A stretch of 64,000 nucleotides of DNA, from the NCBI GenBank assembly GCA_964016885.1, contig OZ024740.1:390538001-390602000 (forward strand). The letters run 5' to 3'. The notes under the pieces were generated by a model. The model had not been told where the DNA came from and did not search any database. It saw nothing but the letters and a program-made list of their open reading frames with translations. Shown piece after piece: positions 25,331 to 37,966 of this stretch. The position numbers were made by a program, and so were the translations under genes. Numbering within the stretch: position 1 is the first letter of the stretch; the number at the start of each line of letters is the position of its first letter. Source of the stretch: Eledone cirrhosa (lineage: Eukaryota).

Positions 25331-26426
25331 TCTTCATCATTTCCAACAGAGTTGTAATGCCCTTTACTCCGTTAATGTCCTTTGCTATTATAATTAAAAC
25401 ACAGATACTACCATCTTTGTTCTTTGTCATTCTGTAATAGTTTTCTTTTAAATGAACCGTTGCACATTATCCCATATACACAGACAGTATTTAGAACTAG
25501 AACATGAAACCTATAATAAAACTTATTAAATGTCTTAATGCCGTCATCGGTCATATAAAAAACCCTGAAATAAAGGAATACTCACTAATTGAACGTCTGT
25601 CCAGTGCTTAAAGGCAATGACAACTTATCCATCATGTTTATTCCCGGTTAAGTTCAAAGAACTAGCAAGAATCAATGCTTCAGCTGTCAATGATGTTCTA
25701 AAGAGGCAATCAGGATGTCATATCTTGAATTTAGAATCTTATTATTGGTCATATATTCTTGTAATGAAAATAGATAATTAAATGCTATAAGGTGATTTAT
25801 TTCACAGGTCTTAATCCTAATAAGAAATTCAAAAGTCATTACGCCTAACTCGTCATTCAGCTGTTAGTGCAGGACAATAATCTGCTACATTTGAATTTGT
25901 TTGGATTAATAATTTATTTAATATGTTTAATTGGGGATAAAAGTAACAATTAATATTCTTAAGAAAACTAGGTCTTCATTGAAAAGTTAACATAATACGA
26001 CCGGGTAGTGTGCGTCGTCCAGTAAATATTTAGTACAAGAAAAACACAGTTTCAGTTATTGTCTAAGATTCATTTCCTTTCACTTGGTATCGTCTATGTC
26101 ATTACACAAGAAACTGGCACTACAGATATGCGTTTTACTGTCTATATAAATCGGAGGCCTTATAGTTTTAAATGATTTTATTTCTAAAGAACCGAGCACA
26201 AATGTAGAATAATCTGCTAAACTGAGACTCTCCGACGAGACTATAGAAGTAGAGAAGACAACGGAAATCCACATCGATGTTATCTCAACAGGTGGACATC
26301 ACTTCGCCGAAGTGAATTGGGATAATCACCTGTTTAATTGTCTTTCAAATTGCACGGAACCCTCATATACACAGACACACACTCACACAGACGCAGAAAC
26401 ACACACACACACTCACACAGACGCAG

Positions 26427-26577
<151 letters not shown>

Positions 26578-26782
26578 CAAATCAATGTTGTCTCTGATCT
26601 AGACGAAGCGAGAGTGTATTTGAATACATATAAAAAATGAGAAAACTCATCGCTAGAACAGCCTTTAAAGAACTAAATGCTGCCAAAAACAGCGATGGGC
26701 AAAAATCTCTTAGAGGAGAGTGGCCAGTGGTCAATAGTAGTCTCATATATATATATATATATATATGTATGAGACTACTATT

Positions 26783-26900
<118 letters not shown>

Positions 26901-27094
26901 AATATATAAATATATATTCAGTGAGAATCGTATTTCGGCTGGTAGAAAAAGCGAAACGAAACGCAAAATCGTAGATATGCTGGCAAGCGCTCCAATGGTT
27001 AAGAAAAACTTATGCAATTAGTCTGCCAATAGAATTATTAACAGGTTAATTGTAAGACTCGGGAGATTAATATATATATATATATATATATATA

Positions 27095-27582
27095 AAAACA
27101 AATGACGAAACGAAATTAAATTTCGTTTCGTTTGTAACTCACTTTTGTATGACTGACGCTTAAACAATTAAGTTAAAAATGTACATCCACATATGTATAC
27201 TGAAATACTAGTATGCATATGAATACACACACGTGTACATATGTAGATGTACCGAGTTTTTCACTGGACACTTTACTGTGAGTGTCCAGCTATTCTGTAT
27301 GTAAACACACAGACAAACCGGTTTTTAGAGTCATACTGGTTTTCGAGGAAACACCTTTCCTCTATTCTCCAGAAAGCCAGACAAGGAATATTGGACTAGT
27401 TTCGATGTTGTTACATCTCATCAGCAATATTTACCTATCTTCCGGCCTTTCTAGAGAATCGTAAAAGCACATATCGTGTCCAGTGAAAAACTCAGTACAT
27501 CTACATATGTACACGTGTGTGTATTCATATGCATACTAGTATTTAAGTATACATATGTGGATGTACATTTTTAACTTAATTG

Positions 27583-27584
<2 letters not shown>
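27095..27584 (-). mobile_element. 490-bp fold-back cassette (109-bp inverted arms) with a hammerhead ribozyme, inserted in (TA)n
   Basis: Arms at 27163-27271 and 27476-27584 with 2 mismatches. The flanks AGACTCGGGAGATTAA(TA)n ... (TA)nCAATGTGAATATTG recur at 28131-28291 with only (TA)n between them. Confidence 0.85.
27387..27431 (-). ncRNA. Minimal type I hammerhead ribozyme with a canonical core
   Basis: Minus strand: AATATTG-CTGATGA-GATGT AACA ACATC-GAAA-CTAG-TC-CAATATT. Stem I is 7 bp, stem II is 5 bp, stem III is the palindrome ACTAGT, and the triplet is GUC. Confidence 0.9.
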
Positions 27585-27664
<80 letters not shown>

Positions 27665-28145
27665 TGAATATTGATATATTTAAAAAATCAACAATATGTT
27701 AAAACGCCATACAAACTGAAAAAGTGGTCAAGAAGGCATTAACCACCTAAGCCAAAAAAACAAGTCAAGCTAAACAGGTCAAACAAAATAAATGATATAA
27801 ACAGACCTGGACCCAAATGGAATTGATGGTAAAATCCAAATGCAGGGTTTCTACGACACCTAAATCAATAATACTGTCTGCTTAAAACTATAAACTTTCA
27901 GCATAAAGATCGAACAAGGAATATCACGTTATCAACAGGTATTTTGCTCTTTAACCAACTTTGTGAGTGACGCAGAACCTTGTAAAGGCACTTGCGTAAG
28001 TCACGAGGGGAAAATTCCCCAGATTTTGGCAAATGAATTCAGTATATGTATATCATACAAAAAATTGCATAGATAGCACATATCGAATAAGCACTCAACC
28101 GGGTAGTTTTTAAAATAAACTTATGCAATAAGACTCGGGAGATTA

Positions 28146-28267
<122 letters not shown>

Positions 28268-28531
28268 TGAATATTGATATATTTAAAAAATCGACTTGTT
28301 GACCAATAACTTTATATATATATATATATATACATACATATATATATACACGCATACATATATATATATATTATATATATACATATGTATCTATTGTAAA
28401 GAGGGTTGAGCACTTAACAGTACCTACACTCTACTTTTCCAAGTATTGAGTACTTAGCTGAACAATGGTTTTACTAGTCTAAATTGATAGTTCCCAATCT
28501 AACTATCTATCGGTCGGACCTCTATCTCAAT

Positions 28532-28607
<76 letters not shown>

Positions 28608-30934
28608 GAATAAGAAACTGCGAAGTTGTTGTAAATGTTAGTCGTTTATTGATAAGGCAGTGATACATATTTCAAAGACGACAGTACCCGCGTTATATCA
28701 CGTTATAGACAGCTTCATTATGTAATAAGGTAACGTTCTCGAGGCAATCCAAACTAAAACGGCAAGGGAACGGACAAAAATAATGTTTTTGAAGCCTTCG
28801 CCTGTTCCCTTGTGAGCTTCAATTCCCATTCACATTTGCGCCTGCATACGAAGGGGAACTGAAATTGAAATTTATTGAACATTATTGCATGCGTTTTAGT
28901 ACATACACAAAAACCAAAATGAAAAAAAGCATAATGTTTTGAAAAATGTTTGTTTAAGACCACAAATTACAAAGTACCCCCTAATTGTTACCAACGGAAG
29001 CTGTAATCAGTTCCCAATGTTATCCAATTTTATCTTGCTTAATATTAGGATAGATATCTGCAAATTGACATTTTTAAGCTCGATTGTTTTGACTGAATAG
29101 AATATATAAAAGATACAGGAAATCTATATCAAAAATAGTAAAATTAAAGAAACAATGGGTCTCTGTGCTGAAGCTAATACTAACATCTGTAGTTAATAAT
29201 CTTAATAGTGATTATTGAACTCTATTTCACGAGACCAACTATAAGTAACAAATATTTTCAACTTACATCCAAATTAAAATTTATTGAAATCAGACGACAA
29301 TATAAGCTAGAGTTTCATCACTTTATTTGCCGTACTCTACGTTGCTCCTAGGATCCGTAGTATCTAAAATAAATACAACTGCATCAATTTACAATATTTT
29401 AGATAAATTGCTTTAAAAATATGCTGATTATCTGTAGTTAGCCTAGATGTTTCAAGCTGATTTCATAACGATGCAAAATACACAAATAAGTAAACAAATA
29501 TAGGACCTAAAAGAAAATTGCACCCTTACATTTTTTTAAATTATTTTTTCGTAATATCTATGTCAGTATTTGTACATATAGAATATTCTCAGTTTTTCAC
29601 AGTGGAATTAAAACATATAAATATAAGAAAAAGTCTCCTTAAAAGGATGTGTGCCTATGCAAAATTTCAGTTACATAGGTGCAAAACTAAAGCATACAAC
29701 CCCAAAACGTTCACACATACATTCACTTTTACAAATTAAGATATACAACCGGTGAGTAGATCAAAGCTGTAGTATTTATGTTTTGAGTTCAATTTTACTT
29801 TTCATTTATTCTGATCTGAAAATAATACTAGTCATATACTAGAATAGATATTCCACCGTTTGTATTTCTTTAAAGATTTGATCTGAGATACCAATAATCT
29901 ATTGAATGCATAAAGAGTTTTATTTCTATAAATCAATTAAACTGAGTTCAATACCTGCTGGAGCCCGCTTTGCCTTTCAACTATTCGAGATCGATAACTT
30001 ACGTGCCAGTAATTTACTGTAGGTGATTCAATTATCTTACGAAGATTGGCTTTGTGCCAAGTCAAAGGAAATATATATTTTATTTAACACATTCAATGAG
30101 ATTATTTCATGTCAGTTCAAACACAGCAATTCTCACAGAAACTGTCTACTTATCTATGTTGAATAAATTGTCTACACAATGTTTGAGTTTACAAAAAAGA
30201 AATAAAATAAACTAAGATAAAATAATATAAAAAGGGGGGAAAATGACTTTATAAATGTACCGTATGTAAACAACGATAAAACGAAAGTTCCTTTAAAAAA
30301 TATGATTGAATTCACCACATCCCCGTAAAAAAAACAATGACAAGAAAACCTGAGAAGTAAATTAGTCTTTATAGGAAATTACTTGAAAGAATGCACAAAA
30401 ATATAGACATTTGTAATATTATATGTAGACAAATGTCTTTTATATATTACTATATTTGTTTTCCATGTACCTAATGTCATAAGATAATAATGTTTACTAT
30501 ATCACCTCCATTTTATGTATTCGTGCGTCTCTGTAGGGATTCTGTTAACAGAATAGAATAGATAGGAAACGTGTGTGTGTGTTGAAACTGGTTTGAGAAC
30601 GTTCTTTCACGCTAGATTCCTTTGCTGCATTTTGCATACTACGCAAAGAAACCTGGAATTTATCAATTTATAAATCGAATAAAGAATTTGGTAGAAACAA
30701 CTAATAAGAATTTGGTAGAAACAACTCATTCCTCAGATATCAACATAAATTTTTCAAAGAATGTTTGTGATGTAATGATTTTTCCTATATTGTGTGCCTC
30801 TGTCATAGAATTCAAAAAGGAGCCAATCGCCAAACTGGGCCAAGAAAACCTTATGACTGCTCCAGCTCTGCACTAAAGAGAATAATATCTGGTATCATCA
30901 GATGAGTAGTTTAATCTAAATGAACTGAATATAA

Positions 30935-31112
30935 TGGTTTCTCATTTTGGCATAAGGCCAGCAATTTTAAGGTGCGGTGAGGTTGTGAAGTAGAATTATA
31001 TGTTATTGACCTCGGAAGGATGAAAAGCGAAATTGTTCGTGATTTGAACTTAGACCGTAAAGAACCAGAACATATACTCATGAACACGCTCTAGCGATTC
31101 TGCCAATTCACC
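30935..31112 (-). mobile_element. SINE family 1, degenerate
   Basis: TTTTGGCATAAGGCCAGCAATT...ATTGACCTCGGAAGGATGAAA...GATTTGAACT. Confidence 0.65.
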
Positions 31113-31229
31113 GAGTCAGGCACTCACTTCATGTATTCAGAATGTATCCGATACTGTCAGATAACAAAATTGAATCTAGCTTGAAACCTCTAGTTCGTCC
31201 AAGCTCTAGTCACTAGTCATTGTTGGTGA

Positions 31230-31770
31230 AACCCATAAGAAGTGCACGATTATTAACTACTTTCCAACAATAAACCGCTTTACCATGTTGGAATCCAAAC
31301 TGCTTCCTACCATCAGCGAAATGGGAAAACTGTCGAAAAATATAAAATACATAGTAAACTCGTCTGCAAATCGCTTACCATCAAACCATTATAAGAGAAC
31401 ACGAAGTTTGTGATAGGTTCTATCATTCGTACCTAGTACTGTTTAGTGTTTACAAAAGGAGTAATGGATTTTATAAAGAATATTTACGAAATCTTCAAGG
31501 ATTTTGCCTACATTGATTGAAGAACGCAGACCGAATACGATACAATTTTTTGACACCAAACAACAATAAACGCTTATTAAATCAAGAATCTACTAACCTA
31601 TGGAGTCACACAATCACTGTCAACTGGATTCGTTCCCAAACTACCTAGGTACCAGAAAAATAAAATAAAGACACCACTTGTGTAGCAACGCTCGGAAAAG
31701 AAGAGAGAATAGGAATCAGGACATACTAAGGTTGAATTCAATTCGCATTTCCTTAAATGTGTGACTGTGT
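31230..31770 (+). pseudogene. Highly degenerate Penelope-like RT relic
   Basis: PTISEMGKLSK resembles P.KSEIGKISK. A downstream MESHN..CQL resembles MGS.DG..CEL. Confidence 0.35.
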
Positions 31771-32218
31771 ATCAGTGTAAAAATCATTAAATAAACTTGC
31801 ACAGATATCATTATATTCTTGTGTGTGTAAATTTAATGGACGTTATTGATTTTCTTTGGAAAATGTTGTCATGTGTTTTTGACTGATACACAACATGAAG
31901 TAGGTCTGTCCAATTTGTATTTGTAAATGAATTCTCTTTACAGGGGTAATACTCGTGTACATCTAATGACAACATGATTCTTCGTACTTACAGATCTACG
32001 TTTAATGAATAAAGAATATTTCCAAGCTTCTGAGAATAAAGAGATTTGTCCGAAACGTTGAATAATTCTTCCTAAAGCACAATAACATGTGTTTAAATCA
32101 TATTAGGCTATACAACGTTTAGTATTCTTGCTGTTACAGCTATACACTCCATACCACCAGAAAAGAATTGGTGTGACTAAAAACAGCCAGAGATTGGAAA
32201 TCATCTGTAAGAACAATA

Positions 32219-32400
32219 ATTGTTACTACTTTTGGCACAAGGCCAGCAATTATCCAGTGCATTACTGGTACTTTATTTTATCGACCCCATAAAGATGAAA
32301 GGCAAAGTCAACCTCGGCGGGATTTGAACTCAGATCGTTAAGGGACATAACTATGCTGGAAAGCATGGCGTCCGACCCTCTACCGATACTGCCAATCCAT
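32219..32400 (-). mobile_element. SINE family 1, near full length
   Basis: Head, B-box, central domain and 3' end all present in reverse complement. Confidence 0.88.
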
Positions 32401-33014
32401 CGTCTGTAAGAACAATAATGAAAGCAAGCTATCAGTATCAAGATTGTTAAGCAGGCAGACAGTAGGTGAAATAATTGACTAACTTTACGAAGAATGTGGC
32501 GAAACACCAAAGACGGAAAGTTCATATCTTTTTCAATTTTGCATCGCCTGTTGTCACCTGTACATTTAATGTAATTCTCAGCGAATTTCACCGATAGACG
32601 AGTTCCTCAGCGGTTTCCGTCTACCCAATTTCACTCACAAGACATAGGTCGACCCGAAGGGCTATGGTGAATGATATTTTCCCCAAATGCAACACAATGA
32701 GACCGAATGATTTTGAAACAAATCTTAGAACCTTCCTACTATGTTGCATCGACGAAGACGATACTAATTTTGATAGTAAACTTTTAAAATTAGTTTATTT
32801 TCTTATGAGACAATCCTAAACATTCTTAGTAATTTGGAATAAATAAAATATAGACAATGTAAGGCATATTCCCTATTTGTGACATGTGATTTAATTATGT
32901 TTCTTGTCCTTCCTCAAATAAGGAGATTAAACAAATTCTTCCTCTTCTTGTTATTTTCATTGTTATTTTTCCGTAGCATTATTTCTATTCTGTTCTTTCA
33001 TCTAATTATATCTC

Positions 33015-33400
33015 TGTAGGCTTTGAGTATGTGCAGTGCGTAGTAGTGCTATTTTCTGTGTTTTGTATATGGCTGGCTCCATTTGTTTACGTTATACATT
33101 TGACTGTATTTTTTTAAAACCATTCTTAAGATATTTATTAATAGAGGGATTTTTCAGTTTTCAATCTCCACATTCTGGTTCTCAATATTTCCAGATTTTT
33201 ATAATTACTTAAATTTCCCGTTTCTTTTAGAATTGATACATCGATTAGAAAGAATTTCTATTCCTAATGCTGTTCGATGATATTATTTCGAATATTCATT
33301 TCTGTGGAAATAGCCATATCCTAAAATATGCCACTTGGTCATTCTCAAAGATCTATTGTGGTGTTGTGTTCGCCATCACTTTTTCAGTGGGATTTTCATA
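33015..33400 (-). pseudogene. Degenerate 3' end of an R4/Dong-like RLE LINE
   Basis: Minus strand LSNYKNLEILRTRMWRLKTE...QKIALLRTAHILK parallels KLSKYKDLEIEIGKMWKLRTK...IQKIVLMGTAHILRK at 60059-60418. Confidence 0.65.
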
Positions 33401-33779
33401 ACACATTGGCCTATTTCTAAATAGATGAAAGCATCAATGTTTGTCATATATGTATATATATATACCTTGATAACCGCTAAACAGCGGGAAAGGCGTCGGT
33501 TATTTCCCTTTGTATTTGCTGAAGCTAGGTATGTGACTATAGTTACTACCTTAAATTCATAGCGAAAGGTCTTCAAACATATAGTATATTATTAAATATA
33601 CAATACGTACATTCATATATATCTATTTATCTATAGTTAGCTATGAGTGTATAGTCATTATTCGTGAGCATAATAAACGACTTTCTTGTGTGTATATTAT
33701 ATATATATATGGTAAACTTATAGAAGAAAAGCACCTGCTGGGGTTTGCTAAGAAGTTGTTTTTTTTAATTATAGATTGT

Positions 33780-34110
33780 TATTGTTTTTGAACAATCAGA
33801 ACATATACAGTTTCTGCTTGTATTCTGTTTCATTAGGGTAGTAGATTGGCATAGACGTTGGGGTGTTGGATAAAATATATCATGCCTTATGATACCGTCA
33901 GGACTGAAGTGACCTTCACATTCTACTTTTCTACTGGAGAGACTTTGGTCTTTAACTCCAGCAAATGATTTTTTCGATTCATTATTCTTTTCAGTTTGTT
34001 TAGTTTTGTCATATCTTGGTCAATATCTTATCATGACATTTTATAATCCCAATTTCAGTTTAGCTTTTAGCTATTTATATAGTTTGTATTGTTGCTTTTC
34101 TATTCTCCTT
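33780..34110 (-). pseudogene. Possible Penelope-like RT relic (palm/thumb region)
   Basis: Remnants spaced like GLYRDD...VNFLDVT...PNN.P.Y..SNHP; very degenerate. Confidence 0.25.
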
Positions 34111-34225
34111 TTAGCTGTAAGTTAAATCAGCATATACTTTATATTTATATGTTTCTTGAAGAAATAACAAATTCTATAATTATTGGGAATTTATGTCCCT
34201 TTAATTTTAAATTGATATTATTATT

Positions 34226-34425
34226 GGTGGATTGGCAGTATCGGTAGAGGGTCGGACGCCATGCTTTGCAGCAAAGAGTTACGGCCCTTTATGATCTGAG
34301 TTCAAATCCCGCCGAGGTTAACTTTGCCTTTCATCCTTACAGGGTCGATAAAATAAAGTACCAGTAATACACTGATATAATTGCTGGTCTTTTGCCAAAA
34401 GTAGAAACTATTGTTATTATTATCA
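34226..34425 (+). mobile_element. SINE family 1, near full length
   Basis: A-box TGGCAGTATCGG, B-box GAGTTCAAATCC, central GCCTTTCATCCTTACAGGGTCGATAAAATAAAGTACCAG (resembles the MetaSINE-type conserved domain), and a (TTA)-rich tail. Confidence 0.9.
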
Positions 34426-36122
34426 TCATCATCTTTGTTGTTTAGTCTTTCAAGATGTGGTTTACATCGCTTTGAAATGTTGTTATTGTTTTGTAGTTAA
34501 GCTACCTAGTATATTCGTGAGTTGTTTAGTTTAGCTCTTCCTGTATCCCTTAGGGGCTAAACCTGTGTTTGATTTTCAAACGTGCCCTCCAATTTTCTGC
34601 GAAGAATAAGATGGTGGACAAAAATGTTGCATCCGCTAAGTGGAACAAGCAAAATTCTGAAAACATTGATAACAGCAGCAACAACATAAACAACAATAGC
34701 AACTGGGGGTGGTAGCAGGGCTCATTATTTGACATCTTCCATGAGTTTAGGATCTATAAAGGCAATCGTTGAATTGGCACAGTCGATAAAGCCTCATTGA
34801 GGTAATGTTTTCCTTTTATCTTTCGGGGTCAATTTATAAAGTAACAATCCAGGGGTGGGGGGGCAGAATTATTAAAGAGAGAGACAGGAAGCTTCATGGT
34901 ATCTAATCCAGTTCTGTGCATTCTGTGTTAAAATCCCACCCACTTCTACCTCGAGTTACGACCAACAGATAATATCAGCAACGGAAAGACCAATAGAAAC
35001 ATGTTTCTTTGGCCTAATCGGAAGATTGGCTTCTTTCCCTTTCTGTCTTTCGTTGAGTTATAAGCGACAGTTGTCTAAAACATATTTATGTGGTGCAAGA
35101 CAATCCACAGAGTTATTAGAGAAAAATCTAGAATTCAATGTAATTGGTTAATTCATGCGCCTGCAGACTGAATTATAAGTCATACAACTCTGTTCGGAAT
35201 TATTAGCCATGTTAAATTATTCCCACGTGATTGTTAAGATTTTTGTTTAATCCCAGGTCATCCCATGTTATTTAGATCTATGAACAAAGGCGTACCATCC
35301 GTGATTAATCCATTTGGAATATACCATGGACAACGTTGTCCTGTGTATTCATCTTTATTTTAAAACAGTAGGTCGTGATTTGAACAAGATTTGGCAGCTA
35401 TTACTACTAACTTGAATGACTTTAGCCCCTTCCTTTATATGGATTTTCACTATGGTCACACTAGTTGCCGTTCTTTTATCTATGTTTTTCTCAGACTCGT
35501 TATAATATAATCGTTAGGAATCTTTGGAGAATTTAATTGCACCATTAATGATTGATTTATTACTTTTGTTGTCATTACATTTCCCAATGGTATCGAGGAC
35601 ATTTTCCTTTCAGTTTGAAAGGTAATGTGCAGTCGTCTAAGACAATCGCAATATACAGTAGCAAACATTTGTCACCATTTCTAGAATATATAATCGTTGA
35701 ATGCCTTGGCTTATTGTATTGTAAGTAATGTTTTTATAATCATTTCTGGTGCTGCTATGTATTGTGTCTAGTTCTTTCCTATTTCAAGTCTATAAAAATA
35801 AAAATCGATTTTCGTCAGTTTCTACGATGAGTGTTCTAATTGTTCGATCAATGACCTGACCCACTCATTAAATTAACATGCAAATGGCTGGGTATTCCAC
35901 AGACACATGGACCCTTAATTTAATCCTCACCGAGAATTCGCATGACTCAATGTATAACAAGGCTGGCGCAATGAATTACAGATATAATCCATCCTATAGA
36001 TTTCCAAACATTTCCCCTTTACTTATGAAAAACACTATAATGGTGGCGGAGAGTCGGTAAGACTACAAAGCTCGCAGTCAACATCGTCTTCTTCCCTTTC
36101 CTTCTCAATAGATACTATAGAG

Positions 36123-37933
36123 ATGGAAAGACGAAATGAAAATGTAAAAACAAATTCATATCCAAACAACACAATTGACACCAAACAGTTCAATGACAAC
36201 AAAAATAACAGCAACACCAATAATGATGATAAAAACAACAATGATAACAACAAAGAAAAAAATAAAGACAACACCAATAACACCAGCATTAAAGACAACA
36301 ACAACACCAAGGAAAATACGAATAATATCAACATCGGTGACAACAAGAATAACAACAACAATAACAACAATAATGACAACACCACCAACACGGATAATTC
36401 CACAAAGAAACCAAAAATCTCCTTTGCACAGACAGTTCAGAAAAAGGAGGAACTGACATATCTCGACATAACAAATGCCGAACAACTTTTAAAGGACGCT
36501 AGGAGATATGTCACTTTCGAAAAAAATGGTGCTTTCAGCATCAATTCTCCGGTAGAAACTGCTCTCAAAACGATAGTTTTTAGGACAGTTTCCAATTCTA
36601 CCCGAAAACCAGTCCAATTGTCACAGAAAGAAATTGAACTGGATTTCAAAAATTCAATGAATGATATTGCATTCATTCAAAGAAGCAAACTTTTTGGGAG
36701 TATTTCGGTACTCATGAAGGATCAATTGACGGCCCAAAATTACTCTGTGTCGCCAATTGTATCCAACCTGTACACCTTTTTCCCTACATACATTGGAAAA
36801 AGGACACAAAAGATCAAAATCACGAGTGTCACACCAAAGGTGAACATATGGTGGATACTGTGCGGCTTCATCAATTTTGATGAAGACAGAATACTGTCAG
36901 TAGGAAAGTCCCCCAGAGATGTATTCAATGGGACTAGCATTGAAGTTCTGGTGCAAATGAGCCCAGAGCGAATAGATATGATCCCACAACGTGTACTCCT
37001 GGACGGACTCACCTACATAAACTTTTCGGTTGAGGGTAGGCGGCCTTCATGTTACCATTGCTTTAGCAGGGGTCACCTGAGGGCTTCCTGTCCTAAATTA
37101 ATGAGTTAAAAAAAGGCTCTTCTGCCAACACCCATCAAAACAACACAACCACCAACACCACCACAACAACAACAACACCAACACACAAAAATAACCACAA
37201 CAAACACAGTCCCACCCAACTCACTCCACCTAAAACCACTGCAAAATCACATACAGACACAACAGCTCCCCAAGACATACCCCTCCCCAATCACACAGAC
37301 GATACAACAGATGAGGCTATCTCGCCATCACCCAGTGAAGACGAGGGAGAACCCAATCGCTCGAAAAGAAAGAAAAGATATCACAAAAGCAAAAAACCAG
37401 CAAACACTACCACAAACATACAACCACCAACACAAACAACAAAAACATCACAAACAAAACCCCCACCTCCTGAAAACAAAATACCTACAACAAAACGAAA
37501 GCACACACAATAACTACAGACAAAAACAAACACAACACAAGAAAATTACACTTACACTTACATAAACACTGAAAACAAAACACTAATGGAGAGCATCACG
37601 AACGACCCTTCGGTGAAAACCGAAGGGAAAGCTTTCGCCCACTCTATTAAAAATAACAAAAAACTGAACCTAAAACTGATTAGGGTCCCTATACAAACTT
37701 ATAGATCCCTAAAAGAAACATTTGAGAAGGATGTGGAGAATTCCTGCGTGAAACCACTTAACCGCGTCCTTCTCAAATGTCTCCCCACCCCAGGCACCCA
37801 CATCCCACCAGACCCCACCCCACCAAACATCTCCGTCCCCACCCCGCCGGAAACCACCACCCATCCAGACAACCCCTCCAACACCCCCATGGAAATCGTG
37901 CGGCCTGGTCCCCAGGAGACGAAGGGTGAGTGA
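36123..37933 (+). pseudogene. Tx1-like ORF1 (Asn-rich N-terminus, single CCHC knuckle, Thr/Pro-rich linker), interrupted
   Basis: VEGRRPSCYHCFSRGHLRASC. Stop at 37107-37109, with the C-terminal part resuming at 37586-37933. Homologous to ORF1 of the other copies. Confidence 0.85.
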
Positions 37934-37966
37934 TCTCTTTTCCTCTTTTAACTTTTCAGCACCAAC

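Noticed and set aside
28754-29742. Possible Helitron/HINE-like remnants
   Set aside because: Only weak resemblance, with no clear termini or helicase motifs.
30810-30905. Short exon-like open stretch (IQKGANRQTGPRKPYDC...)
   Set aside because: No recognisable homology and no partner exons.
34226-34320. tRNA gene
   Set aside because: The A/B boxes belong to a SINE head, and there is no complete cloverleaf.
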